From assembly GCF_004010195.1 (NCBI RefSeq), contig NC_057718.1, positions 50,533,754 to 50,584,819 of the forward strand: a DNA stretch of 51,066 nt, given 5' to 3'. Below, in pieces: positions 50,896 through 51,066 of this stretch. Position 1 is the stretch's first letter; each line of letters begins with the position of its first letter. Made by a program: the position numbers and the translations under genes. The stretch is from Chiloscyllium plagiosum (lineage: Eukaryota). The notes below the pieces were generated by a model. It was not told where the DNA came from and did no database searches. It saw nothing but the letters and a program-made list of their open reading frames with translations.

Positions 50896-51066
50896 GAGAA
50901 AGTAAGGTCTGCAGATGCTGGAGATCAGAGCTGAAAATGTGTTGCTGGAAAAGCGCAGCAGGTCAGGCAGCATCCAGGGAACAGGAGAATCGATGTTTCG
51001 GGCAAAAGCCCTTCTTCAGGAATGAGGAAAGTTTGTCCAGCAGGCTAAGATAAAAGGTAGGGAGGA
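50896..51066 (-). mobile_element. PLE family 1 3' end, running off the window
   Basis: Near-identical to 20605-20740, plus an extra terminal tail. Confidence 0.92.
50990..51021 (-). ncRNA. Hammerhead ribozyme motif (family 1 PLE)
   Basis: UC-CUGAAGA-A-GGGC-UUUU-GCCC-GAAA-CAUC-GA. The core and stem II are intact, but the ACGU palindrome has decayed to ACAU. Confidence 0.75.

Noticed and set aside
10252..51066. Recurrent short palindromic repeats suggesting a CRISPR array or rho-independent terminators
   Set aside because: The repeats are dispersed with no repeat-spacer periodicity, the context is eukaryotic, and PLE termini explain them.

Overview
Eukaryotic, repeat-dense vertebrate DNA, almost certainly from a cartilaginous fish (shark): it carries five copies of what I recognise as the elasmobranch HE1 SINE and many CR1-clade LINE relics. 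No intact host protein-coding gene, RNA gene or CRISPR array is supported. Every recognisable ORF is a decayed transposon fragment: CR1 endonuclease/RT/ORF1, Penelope RT and GIY-YIG, or Gypsy gag-pol. There is one 328-nt assembly gap. The most interesting layer is Penelope-like element (PLE) biology. At least three, probably four, PLE families each carry a minimal type I hammerhead ribozyme motif near their 3' end (CUGANGA-stem II-GAAA-palindromic 4-mer), and two copies look fully intact. The window also holds several short (~55-350 bp) fold-back elements built only from these ribozyme-bearing ends, most flanked by 14-16 bp target-site duplications and including one nested inside another. Also present are a clean solo LTR (TG...CA, 5-bp TSD) and several local tandem duplications. 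Family names come from recalled consensus motifs, not database searches, and boundaries of decayed copies are approximate.
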